A DNA stretch of 63,317 nucleotides, filler included, from Pigoraptor vietnamica (taxonomy: Eukaryota): NCBI GenBank assembly GCA_943704525.1. It is 9 parts of 9 records of this genome, joined end to end, with 100 filler letters (N's around TTAATTAATTAA, not from the genome) between each part and the next. Parts side by side here need not be neighbours in the genome. Positions count along the whole stretch, not along the records: positions 1 to 27,732 come from CALSCQ010003151.1; 8 more parts are not named here. One strand, 5' to 3'. Of this stretch, positions 11,601 through 23,861 are shown piece by piece (position 1 is the first letter of the stretch; every line of letters starts with the position of its first letter). The notes under the pieces were generated by a model that made no database searches, was not told the origin of the DNA, and worked only from the letters and a program-made list of their open reading frames with translations. A program made the position numbers and the translations under genes.

Positions 11601-14600
11601 CTTCCCTCTAGACGCTCGTGCCGAGCCTCTCCCAGCTCAAGGCTGCGCTTGCGTACTCGGAGGCGACGAAGGACGACCTCATTGCGAAGTTCAGCGTGGA
11701 GCTCGAGCGCAACACGGCGCAGCTCAAGGGCCGCATTCTCGAGCTGAAGAACGCCGTCCTCGAACCCAGGATGCTCAACTCGGATTGCGACCACGACGAG
11801 GTCATGAACATGATCGCCGAACTCACCGAGAAGATGGAGGGGCTGCGCAGGACGGCGTCGGACTACGACAGCTACCAGCAGACGTTCAACATTCCCCTCA
11901 CGCAGTACGAGGAGTTGGACGAGGCGCGCGAGGAGCTCGAACTCCGCCGCCTCCTGTGGACGTCGTTGCGCGAGTGGGACGAGCTCCGAGAGTGGGTGTC
12001 TGTCGTCGAGAGGCCGCATTTTCACCTCATTTGTTGCCGCTCTGTATGCGATTGTTGGAGCGAGTGCAGAAGACGTGCCGACTTGACGCACTGACGCGCG
12101 TGTTTTCTCCATCGCCTGTAGGGAGTGGGACAGCTCGGCCTTCGAGAGCGTCGATGCCGAAATGATTGCCACGCACGTCGCGCGATTCACCAAGACGGTG
12201 CACCAGCTCGAGCGCAAGCTGCCGCCGAACTCGACGGTGCCCAAGCTGCGCGCGCTCGTCGACGGATTCCGCGTGGGCCTGCCTGCGATCCAGGACCTGC
12301 GCAATCCCGCTCTCAAGAGCCGCCACTGGGAGCTGATTCAGGACGTTATCGGCCAGCGCATCGTTCGTAACGAGACGTTCACGCTCGGCCAGCTGCTCGA
12401 GTTTAAGGTGTTTGACTTCAAGGAGCCGATTTCCGAGATCTCGGCGCAGGCGACGAACGAGGCGACCCTCGAGAACATGCTCAAGAAGGTCGAGCAGTCG
12501 TGGCAGACGACCGAGTTTGTGATTATCCCGCACAGGGACTCGAAGGTGCGCGGCCGCAATGACATGCGCACTGTGCATGCATGTGCTTTTGCGTGTCGCT
12601 GTTTGTGCTTGCGTGCGTGCGCCCACCCACATACACGCTCGCCTTTGACTGTGTGTTTGTGTGTAAGCGCCCGATGAGCGTGCGTCTGTCACACGAGCAC
12701 TGACGTTTTTTCTTTGTTCGTCGCAGGACGTGTGCATCGTGGGCGGCGTGGACGACATTCTCACGCTCCTCGAGGACAGCCAGGTCACCGTGAGCACCAT
12801 CCGGGGCAGCCGTTACGTCGCCCCGATCAAGAGCTCGGTCGAAGAGTGGGACCGCCAGCTCGTCCTCTTCGCCGAGACGCTCGAGGAGTGGACGCGGTGT
12901 CAGCGCAGCTGGCTCTACCTCGAGAACATCTTCACGGCACCGGACATCCAGCGACAGCTGCCGAACGAGGCGCGCCTGTTTGCGCTCGTTGACAAGAGCT
13001 GGAAGGACATCATGCGCAAGACGCGCGACAACCCGAACGCGCTCAAGGCGGGGACGGCACCGGGCGTGCTCGAGGCGCTCCGCACGAATAACGCGCACCT
13101 CGAGGACATTCAAAAGTGCCTCGAAGACTACCTCGAGACGAAGCGGCTCGTGTTCCCGCGCTTCTACTTCCTCTCCAACGACGAGCTTCTCGAAATCCTC
13201 GCGCAGACGCGCAACCCGCACGCCGTGCAGGCGCACCTGCGCAAGTGCTTCGATAACATCGCGCGTCTTGAGTTTGCGCCGGAGGCCCGCAGCATCGACA
13301 TCCTCGGGATGGTCTCTGGCGAGGGCGAGCGCGTGTCGCTGGGCAAGAACCTCAAGGCGCGCGGCAACGTCGAGGTGTGGCTTGGGAACGTGGAGACTGC
13401 GATGGTGCAGTCCCTTCGGCGGCTGCTCAAGGGCGCGCTTGTCGAGTACGGGCGGCGGTCACGTGAGGACTGGCTGTTGGACCAGCCCGGGCAGGTCGCT
13501 CTCACCGCGGCGCAGGTGATATGGTGCCGGGAGACGACGCGTTGCCTCTCGGATTCGAACCCGGTCGAGGCGCTGCGGGCGCTGCGGGACGAGTGGATCG
13601 AGGTGAGGGGGAGAGCGCCTCTGCCTTGTTTGATCGTGGTTGTTGTTGCTGTTGTTGTTGTTGTGAGTGTGTGTGTGTGAGTGCGTTAGACTGTTTCTGT
13701 CAACCGCTCTTCTCTTCCATGTCGTGAGCATTGCCTCATCACCTCTTCATCTCCCCCTCGCAGAATCTTGCCGGACTCGCGGGGCTCGTGCGCGGCGAGC
13801 TCACGCCCGTGCAGCGCGCATCGATCGGCGCCATCATCACGATCGACGTGCACGCACGTGACATTCTCTCGGAACTCCACGCGGCCGGTGTGCAGTCCCT
13901 CTACGATTTCGAGTGGACGAAGCAGCTGCGCTATTACTGGGACAACGACGAGGACAACTGCCTCGTCACGCAGACAAACTCGTCGTTCACGTACGGTCAC
14001 GAGTACCTCGGCTGCACGCCGCGCCTCGTCATCACGCCTCTCACCGACCGCTGCTACCTGACGCTGACGGGCGCGCTTCACCTGCACCTCGGCGGCGCGC
14101 CGGCGGGTCCCGCGGGCACGGGCAAGACGGAGACGGTGAAGGACCTGTCGAAGGCGCTCGCGAAGCAGTGCCTCGTGTTCAACTGCAGCGAGGGCCTGGA
14201 CTATAAGATGATGGGCAAGTTCTGGTCGGGTCTGTCGCAGAGCGGCGCGTGGTGCTGCTTTGACGAGTTCAACCGCATCGATCTCGAGGTGCTCTCGGTG
14301 ATCGCCGAGCAGATCCGCACGATCAAGAGCGCCAAGGACGTGGGCGCGCAGCGGTTCGTGTTCGAAGGGCGCGAGATTCGCCTCAACCCGACGTGCGGCT
14401 TCTTCATCACGATGAACCCCGGGTACGCGGGCCGCGTGGAACTGCCGGACAACCTCAAGGCGCTTTTCCGCCCGGTCGCCATGATGATCCCCGATTACGG
14501 GCTCATCGCGGAGATTATCCTCTACTCGGAAGGGTTCGAGCGCGCCAAGGAGCTGTCGCAGAAGCTCGTCTCGCTGTACAAGCTCGCGAACGAGCAGCTG

Positions 14601-17600
14601 TCGCGGCAGGACCACTACGATTTTGGCATGCGCGCCGTCAAGTCGGTGCTGACGATGGCCGGGCAGCTCAAGCGCGCGAACCAGTCGTCGGCGGAGGACA
14701 TTCTCCTCATTCGTTCGCTGCGCGACAGCAACCTGCCAAAGTTCCTCGCGGAGGACGTTCCCCTGTTCGAGGGCATTCTCGCGGACCTCTTCCCCGGCGT
14801 GCAGATGCCGGTCGACGACTACGGCCTCGTGCAGGAGGCAATCGGCAACGCGCTCCTCGAGGCGAAGAAGCAGGTCGTCCCCGTGCAGGTGGCCAAGACG
14901 ATTCAGCTGTACCAGACGATGAACGTGCGCCACGGCGTCATGCTCGTCGGTCCCACGGGCGGCGGCAAGACCACGTGCCACGTGACGCTGGCGCGGGCGC
15001 TCAACATGCTCAAGGAGCGCAGCGGACGTCACGAGGGCGTCAAGACGTACGTTCTCAACCCCAAGTCGATCACGCTTGGGGAGCTGTACGGTCGGTTTGA
15101 CCCGAACACGCTCGAGTGGACGGACGGCCTCCTGTCGAGCATTGTGCGGTCGTCGGTCGCGGACACGACGCCCGTGCAGAAGTGGGTCGTGTGCGATGGC
15201 CCCGTCGACTCGCTCTGGATTGAGAACATGAACTCTGCGCTCGACGACAGCAAGCTGCTCTGCCTCGCGAACGGCGAGCGCATCCAGCTCACCCCGACGG
15301 TCCGCATGATGTTCGAGGTCGAGGACCTCTCCGTGGCGTCCCCTGCGACCGTCTCTCGCTGCGGCATGGTCTTCATCGACGGGTCTGAGCTCGGGTGGCG
15401 TCCGTACGTGCGCTCGTGGGTACACCGCCTCCCCGTGCAGCTGTCGGAAGACTGCCGCGAGCACGTGATGGCGCTTTTCGAGCAGTTTGTCGACAACGGC
15501 CTGCGGCACGTGCGCTCCCTTCAGGGTGGCGAGTACATCCCCTCGATCGATCTCAACCTCGTCACGAGCCTCTGCGCACTGGTCGAGGCGCTCGTGCGGC
15601 CGGGCCGTGGCCTCAGCTACGACCTCGACACGCTGTCGATGAACGGCATTCTCACGTCGGTGTTTGTGTTCTCGTACGTGTGGTCGATCGGCGGCAACCT
15701 CGCGGACGGGCGCCAGGACGAGTTTGACACGCTTGCGCGCGAGATGTTCGAGGGACTTCCCGGCATTCGCATCCCCTCGCAGAAGACGCTGTACCACTAC
15801 TGCGTCGACATGCGCACGGGCGACTTTGTGTCGTGGGACAACTCGCTCACGAGCTTCAAGTACTCGAAGGACATGCCCTTCCTCTCGATCCTCGTCCCGA
15901 CCATCGACACGGTGCGCTTCTCGTACCTCCTCCGCGCCCTCGTCGACGCGGGACGGCCCGTCCTGTTTGGCGGCACCACGGGTGTGGGCAAGTCGTCGGT
16001 CGTGAAGGACTTTATCGCGGCGGGGACGTCCGAGAGCGCCGGCGACTCGCGCTTCGAGGCGATCGAGATGCAGTTCAGTGCGCAGACGGACAGCAGCCGC
16101 GTGCAGGAGATTGTCGTGTCGAAGCTCGACCGCAAGCGAAAGAATGTGCTCGGCGGCCACAACGGCCACCGCGTGCTGCTCTTCGTCGACGACCTCAACA
16201 TGCCCCAAAAGGAGAAGTTTGGCGCGCAGCCCCCGATCGAGCTCCTCCGCCAGTACCTCGACTGCGGCGGCTTCTACGACCGGCACCGTCTCCAGTGGCT
16301 CGAAGTGCAGGACGTCACGCTCATCGGTGCGTGCTCCCCGCCCGGCGGCGGCCGCTCGGCCGTGAGCCCGCGCCTCTTCCGCCACTTCAGCATGCTGTCG
16401 CTCCCGCGGCCGTCCGAAGACACGCTTCGCCACATCTTCGGCGGCATCCTTGAGGGCTTCGTGGACGTGCACCAGTTTGCGGACGAGGTGCGCGGCACGG
16501 CACGCGGCGTCGTGGCGTCGAGCATTGAGCTGTACACGCGCATGTGCGCCGACCTCCTGCCGACGCCGGCCAAGTCGCACTACACGTTCAACCTGCGCGA
16601 CCTGTCGAAGGTCATCCAGGGAATGTTGCAGGCGGACCATGCGACGCTGCGCACTCGCGACGCCTTTTTGCGGCTGTTTGTGCACGAGGCCTCTCGCGTG
16701 TACCACGACCGCCTCATCGACCGCACGGACAAGCTGTACTTTTTCACGCAGGTGTCGCAGCTGCTCGCGCGCCAGTTTTCGCTGTCGTGGGCGCCGGAGA
16801 AGTTTGTCGAGAAGCCCATTCTCTTTGGCGATTTCGTGGATGGCGTCGGTTCGACCGTGCACACGTACCGCGAGATTGAGGACATCCCCCGCCTCACGCG
16901 CACGCTCGAGGAGTACCTGGAGGACCTCAACAGCGTCACGAACAAGAGCATGCGCTTGGTGTTCTTCATGGACGCCATCGAGCACGTGTCGCGCATCTCG
17001 CGCATGATCCGACAGCCCGGCGGCAACGCGCTGCTCGTCGGCGTCGGCGGCACGGGCAAGCAGTCGCTGACGAAGCTCGCGTGCCACATGGCCGGGTACA
17101 AGTGCTTCCAGCTCGAGCTGACGCGCGGCTACGGCTACCCCGACTTTCGCGAGGACCTGCGTCGCCTGTACCGCATGACGGGCGTTCAGGGTTCGTCGGC
17201 GGTGTTCATGCTGACGGACTCGCAGATTATCCGCGAGTCATTCCTCGAGGACATCAACGCGATGCTGAACACGGGCGAGGTCCCCAATCTCTTTGAGGCC
17301 GACGAGTACGAGCAGATCATCACGGACATTCGCCCGATCGCGCGGGCGTCGGGTCTGCCGGAGGGCCGCGACGCCCTCTACCGCCTCTTCATCCAGCGCG
17401 TGCGAGAGCGCCTTCACATTGTGCTCTGCATGAGCCCTGTCGGAGAGGCCTTCCGCCGGCGGTGCCGCATGAACCCGTCGCTCATCAACTGCTGCACGAT
17501 CGACTGGTTCTCGGCGTGGCCGCGAGAGGCCCTCCTCTCGGTTGCGCAGCGCTTCCTTGACGCGGTCGACCTCGGCGCGTCGACGCACGCGGAGAACCAG

Positions 17601-20600
17601 GCCCTGCGCAACAAGGTCAGCGAGATGTGCGTGGAAGTGCACGTGAGCGTGACGGAGGCGAGCCAGCGCTACTTCCAGGAGCTCCGCCGCCACTACTACA
17701 CGACGCCGACGAGCTACCTCGAGCTCATCAACCTCTACACGTCCATTCTCGACGAGAAGAGGCTCGAGCTGCGCACGAACCGCGACCGCCTCCGCAACGG
17801 CCTCGGCAAGCTGGAGGAGACGAACACGGTCGTGTTCCGGATGCAGGAAGAGCTGAGCGCGCTGCGGCCGGAGCTTGAGGCGAAGGCCAAGGACACGGAG
17901 GCGCTGCTGGTGCGGCTTGCGAGCGACCAGGAGAGTGCGGACGCCGTCAAGCGCGTCGTCGAGGAGGAGGAGGCCGTCGTGCGCGACCAGGCCAACGAGT
18001 GCGAGGTGCGCCTAACTCTGTGATGGTGACTCTGTGTATCATTTCATGCTGTTGCGACTGCATGGTTGTCTCTTTTGCTCACAAACACCCACCCTTCCCC
18101 ACACACAGGTGATTGCCGCCGAGGCCCAGCGGGACCTTGACGAGGCCCTCCCTGCGCTCGAGGCTGCAATCGCCGCGCTCGACTCGCTCGACAAGTCGGA
18201 CATTGCGGAAATTCGCGTGTACACGAAGCCGCCCGAGATGGTCATGACGGTGATGGAGGCCGTGTGCGTGCTGCTGCAGGAGAAGCCGGACTGGGCGACG
18301 GCCAAGACGGTGCTCGGCGACAACGGCTTCCTCAAGCGCCTCATGGGGTTCGACAAGAGCCGCATCCCCACGGCGGTGCTCGGCAAGCTGAAGAAGTACG
18401 TCGACAATCCGCAGTTCACGCCGGACGTCGTCGGGAAGATTTCGGTCGCATGCCGCTCGATGTGCATGTGGGTGCTCGCGCTCGACAAGTACGCCAAGGT
18501 CTTCAAAGTCGTCGAGCCCAAGCGCCAGCGTCTCGAGCAGGCGCAGGTGTTCCTCGAAAAGGCGCGCGAGACGCTGAGGGAGAAGCAGGAGGCGCTCGCC
18601 GTCGTGCGCAGTCGCCTCGAGGAGCTTCGCTCGCAGTACGAGCAGAGCCTCGCCGCGAAGGAACAGCTGGCCGACCGCATCGACGAGACGAGCAAGAAGC
18701 ACGAGCGCGCTTCGAAGCTCACGACCGCGCTTGCGGACGAGCGCACGCGCTGGGCGGAGACGGTGGCGCAGCTGGACCGCGGCATTGCGAACCTCGTCGG
18801 CAACGTCTTTGTCTCGTCTGCGTGCGTCGCCTACTACGGTGCCTTCACGTCGACGTACCGCCGCGACCTCGTCACGACGTGGACGCAGAAGTGCCGCGCG
18901 CTCGGCCTGCCCGTCTCGGACAACTACAGCCTCGTGGGCGTGCTCGCGGACCCCGTGCGCGTGCGCGACTGGAACATCTGGGGGCTTCCGAACGACACGC
19001 ACTCGACGGAGAACGGCCTGCTCGTGTCGCGTGGGCGCCGGTGGCCGCTGATGATCGATCCGCAGGGCCAAGCGAATCGTTGGGTGCGCAACATGGAGGG
19101 CAAGAACGGGCTCCGCATCATCAAGCAGACGGACGGCAACTACCTCCGCACGCTCGAGAACGCCATCCGCATCGGCAGCCCCGTGCTTCTGGAGGAGTTG
19201 GGAGAGGAGCTCGATCCCGCGCTGGAGCCCGTGCTGCTCAAGCAGGTGTACCGGCAGGGTCCTCGCACGCTCATCCGCCTCGGGGACTCGGACATTGACT
19301 ACGACCGCAACTTCCGCCTCTACCTCACGACGAAGCTCGCGAACCCGCACTACATGCCGGAGACGTGCATCAAGGTGCGTGGCCCTCTCTGTGCGATCCT
19401 GCGTGAAGTGTTGAGTGTGTGTGTGCGCGCGCCCCCGTGAATGTCATGGGTCGCCCCATGCGTGTGTGCCCGATTGAAACTCACGCGTGTGTGCGTTGTG
19501 TGCTCCGCAGGTGACGATCATCAACTTCACCGTGACGCAAGAGGGCCTGGAGGATCAGCTTCTCGGCGACGTCGTCCGCGCGGAGCGTCCCGAGCTCGAG
19601 GAACAGCGCAGCTCGCTCATTCTGCGGATGGCGGAGGACAAGAAGCAGCTGCGGGCGATCGAAGACCGCATCCTCCACCTCCTCTTCACGTCGCAGGGAT
19701 CCATTCTCGACGACGAGGTGCTCATCAACACGCTCAACGACTCGAAGGCGACGTCGGCCGTTATCCAGGACCGCGTGCGCGAGGCGGAACAGACGGAGGC
19801 GGAGATCAACTCTGCGCGCTTTGCCTACTCGCCCGTCGCCGTGCGCGGGACCGTCCTCTACTTTGTCATCGCCGACCTCGCGGAGATGGACCCGATGTAC
19901 CAGTATTCGCTCAAGTACTTCACGGCGCTCTTCAACCACTGCATCGTCTCGTCCGAGCCCTCGCCGGACCTCGCGCGGCGCCTCGAGACGCTCCTCGCGA
20001 ACATTACGTCGGTCATCTACGCCAACGTGTCGCGCGGTCTTTTCGAGCGGCACAAGCTCATCTTCTCGTTCCTCATCGCCGTCCAGATCCAGCGCAAGGC
20101 GGGCATCATCTCGGACGCAGAGTGGAGCTTCTTCCTCCGCGGTCCCAGCTTTTTGTCGGACGCGCGCGGGTCGCAACCAGAGTACCGCTGGCTCACGAAG
20201 AACATGTGGCGCGTTTTCTGCTTCCTCGACCAGAACGTTCCGACGTTTGCGGGCATCGTCGCCGACCTCCAGGCCAACGGGCCCGTCTGGGAGGCGTTCG
20301 TCAGCGCCGAGGCGCCCTTCCGCGGTCGCCTCAGCGGCCAATGGGAGCACATCACTCCCTTCCGGCGCCTGGTGCTGGTGCGCGGACTGGCCGAGGACAA
20401 GCTTATCCGGTCCATCTCGGAGTATGTCGTGCAGGCGCTGGGCCGGACGTTCGTCGAGTCGCCGCCGTTCGACCTCTCGCGGGCGTTCAACGACAGCTCG
20501 CCGGCGACGCCACTCATCTTTGTGCTGTCGGAGGGTTCGGACCCGGCGGGTTCCCTTCTCCGCTTTGCGTCGGATCGCAACTACACGAACCGGCTTCACA

Positions 20601-22523
20601 TGATCTCGCTCGGCCAGGGCCAAGGGGCGGTCGCAGAGGAACTCATCGCGCGCGCCATCCGCAGCGGCGACTGGGTGTTCCTGCAGAACTGCCACCTCGC
20701 GTCGTCGTGGATGCCATCGATGGAGTCGCTCGTCTCTGAGTTTTCGAGCCCGGAGGCCGAGCTGCACCCGGACTTCCGCCTGTGGCTCAGCTCGATGCCC
20801 GCGCGGTCGTTCCCCGTGGCGGTGCTCCAGAACGGCGTGAAGATGACGATTGAGCCCCCGCGTGGGCTGCGCGCGAACCTGAAGCGGTCGTTTGGCGAGA
20901 TAACGGACGCCGAATTTGAGGACACGAAGGCGGGGCGGCACTGGAAGCGGGTGCTGTTCGGGCTGTGCTTCTTCAACGCGATCATCCACGAGCGCAAGAA
21001 GTTTGGGCCCCTCGGGTTCAACATCAAGTACGACTTCACCGTCAGCGACCTCGAGGTGTCCATGTCCTTCCTGCGCATGTACCTGGCGGACAAGAGCGAG
21101 GTGCCCTGGCAAGCGCTGCGCTACCTCACGGGCGAAATCGTCTACGGCGGGCGCGTGACGGACGACTGGGACCGCCGCTGCCTGCGCGCGATCATCGGAC
21201 GTTACTACACGCCCTCGATTCTCGAGGACAAGCACCCGCTCGCGGAAGGCAACGACTACTATGTGCCTCCGCCGGGCCTCCTCGACACTTTCCGCCGCTA
21301 CATTGACGCCCTGCCGCTCACGGACGCGCCGCACGTGTTCGGGATGCACGAGAACGCGAACATTGCGCACAACGTCTCTGAGGCGCGCAGCCTCATCCAG
21401 TGCATTCTCGACGTGCAGCCGCGCCTCTCGGGTGCCGGCGGCGCGTCGTCCGGCGGGGACAGCGTCGACGACAGCGTCCTCGCGATGGTCAACGACATTG
21501 TCGAATCCCTGCCGGCGCTTTTGGACTTTTCGCAGGCGCACCCGTCGCTCCTCGTCGCGAACGAGCGCGGCCGCATGAACTCGCTCACGACGGTGCTTCG
21601 CCAGGAGACGGTGCGCTTCAACCGCCTTCTCGTGATCATGCGCCAGTCGCTCGAGTCACTGGCGAAGGCCATCAAGGGTCTTGTTGTCATGTCGGCGGAT
21701 CTCGAGGCGATGTACGTGTCGTTCACCAACAACCAAGTGCCCGCGCTGTGGGCGACGGCGGCGTACGCGAGCCTCAAGCCGCTCGGGTCGTGGTTCAAGG
21801 ACCTCTCCCTCCGCTGCGACTTTATGCGCGACTGGCTCACTCTCGGCCAGCCCAAGACGTTCTGGATCTCCGGCTTCTTCTTCCCCCAGGGCTTTGTGAC
21901 GGGCACGTTGCAGAACCACGCGCGCCTGCACAACGTCCCCGTCAACACGCTCCGATTCGACTACGCGGTGCTCAAGTACGACGCCGAGTACGTGCAGGAG
22001 GCGCCGGCGGAGGGCGTCCTCATCCACGGAGTGTACCTCGATGGCGGCCGCTGGGACCGCGGGAACGAGCGCCTGGCCGAGCCCATTCGCAACGAGATGT
22101 TCGCGGTGAGTGCGTGTGTGCGTGTGTGCGTGTGTGCGTGCATGTGTGGGCGGGGTGTGCTCCCTCCGCTGTCTTCACACTGCTGTGTCTCACCCGGTGT
22201 TGCTTCTCTCCACGCAGAAAATGCCGGTCATTCACCTCCTCCCGACACAAGCGCCCGCGAACGACGAGAAGAAGTACATATGTCCTCTGTACAAGACGTC
22301 GGCGCGTGCGGGTGTGCTGTCTTCCACTGGTGAGTCTCACGACGCCGAGTCTCGATGCGCCCTTGCCAACGTATAGACACGAGTGCAATTTCTTATGCAT
22401 TCTTCCTTTATTTTCGCAGGTCTCTCGACCAACTTCGTCATGTCGATCGCGCTGAACACGGCCGAGCCGAGCGAAGTGTGGACTTTGATGGGCTGCGCGC
22501 TCGTGTGCCAGCTCAACGACTAA
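8632..22523 (+). CDS. Axonemal inner-arm dynein heavy chain, DNAH6/DNAH14-like, complete (9 exons, 4273 aa)
   Basis: Exons 8632-11454, 11612-11991, 12122-12545, 12727-13602, 13764-18005, 18109-19374, 19511-22105, 22218-22329, 22420-22523 total 12822 nt in frame. Motifs: FPRFYFLSNDELLEIL, AAA1 GPAGTGKTET / CFDEFNRI / FITMNPGYAGR, P-loops GPTGGGKT, GTTGVGKS, GVGGTGKQS, stalk/MTBD, RRWPLMIDPQGQA, C-terminal CPLYKT..R.G.LS.TGLSTNFV. N-terminal YNPYKLRVV and FNCSEGLDYKMMG fit the DNAH6/14 clade. Confidence 0.96.
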
Positions 22524-23689
22524 GCAAACTGAAGGTCGCTTCTGGCGCCTCTCAGTTATGTCTGCCTCTGCGTGTGTGTGCGTGTGTGTGAGTGTGTGTA
22601 CGAGCGTTTTTTGCCTGATATTAATCGGTTTCTGTTTTTCTGCGGCTGAGTTTGCGTGCGCGTGCGCGAGCGTGGCGTTAAGGGCGTGATCGCAACAAAA
22701 CGATTTGAAACAAATCGCCTTTTTTTGAAAACTGTTGCAAGGCAGTATTTTATGTGCTTGTGCGAGGGCATACGACTGCAAGAACACACGACCCGCCGGC
22801 TCAACTGAACACACAGGCGAGATCGAGCAGCTAGACAACAACCTCCGTGTCGCAACGCGCTCTCGGCGAGAAATCGTCGCCCGAATTCACCCGACGGTAA
22901 CGGCCCATTAGGCGCACGTGCACAGGCCTTTCGTTTTCGTCAGAGTGACAGCAACAATTACTCGGCGTCACCAGCGGCAATTAGGAACGGAGAGAGAGAG
23001 GGAGGGGTGTGGTCGTCCTTGAGCGGGGTTTAATGAGGAGTGGGGCTTAGATGGATCGGGGTGAGTGGACGATGAGAGCGCGCGATGGAAGGGTGTAGGA
23101 GGAGGTGAGGGTTAAACCGACTTGCGCAATGTCACCTTCAAAGTGGAGCGATAAAGTACTGACGGGTTGACTGGAAAGTACTAAAAGCGCAACATTCGAT
23201 TGTCGAAAAATTCCAAAAAGGCGGTGTAAAGTGATAGTGATTGGAAATTTGTGTTAAGTTGATACCTCGTGTGGCAATTAGCGAGAAATTCTCCAAACAT
23301 TTATTATGACCCCTTGTTACTATCAAAAATGTATGAAATTGAAAATTATTAAATAGGCCCGAACCCAAATCGGCGAATTCACCACGACGTGGCAATTTGG
23401 GGTAAATTGCGCAAAAATCCCTCAAAATCCGAATCCCGTTTCAATTTGCGGTCACCCGCACCAGCACGCAAACGATGTAAGCGCTTGGATTGGTCGCTTT
23501 GCACGTGTGTTCTTTGGAGCGACTCCACTCACGACGAGCCCGACATCTCCACAGCACCCAAGCCACTCGAGCACTCACGGCTGGGCTCTGCGTGAAACAC
23601 GTGGAGAAGCGCGCCCGCAAATTGTTACCCACACGCCCTCCGCACACAGCTGTGCTCTCCCTCGTGGCGCGTTCCCGCCTTGCCTCTCC

Positions 23690-23696
23690 TATATAA
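23690..23696 (+). promoter_or_regulatory. Candidate TATA box of eEF3
   Basis: TATATAA in a GC-rich context about 170 bp upstream of the ATG, followed about 27 nt later by a pyrimidine-rich CTCTTC. Confidence 0.35.
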
Positions 23697-23861
23697 CACG
23701 CCCAGATCTCGCAAGCGGCAGCGCTCTTCGGACTCGATCCGCTGCGCTCTTGCCGTTCTCGCCTTCAACCATCTCAAAAACCCTTTCGCGATAACGCACC
23801 TGTGACAGCGGATCGCCTCCCACCCCTCAACTTTTTACCCCGTTTTTTTTTCATCTTCAAG

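Noticed and set aside
13686..17087. Long antisense ORFs (also 9799-11589, 19481-21541, 23835-25259)
   Set aside because: Shadows of strongly C/G-ending codon usage on the coding strand; no recognisable domains.
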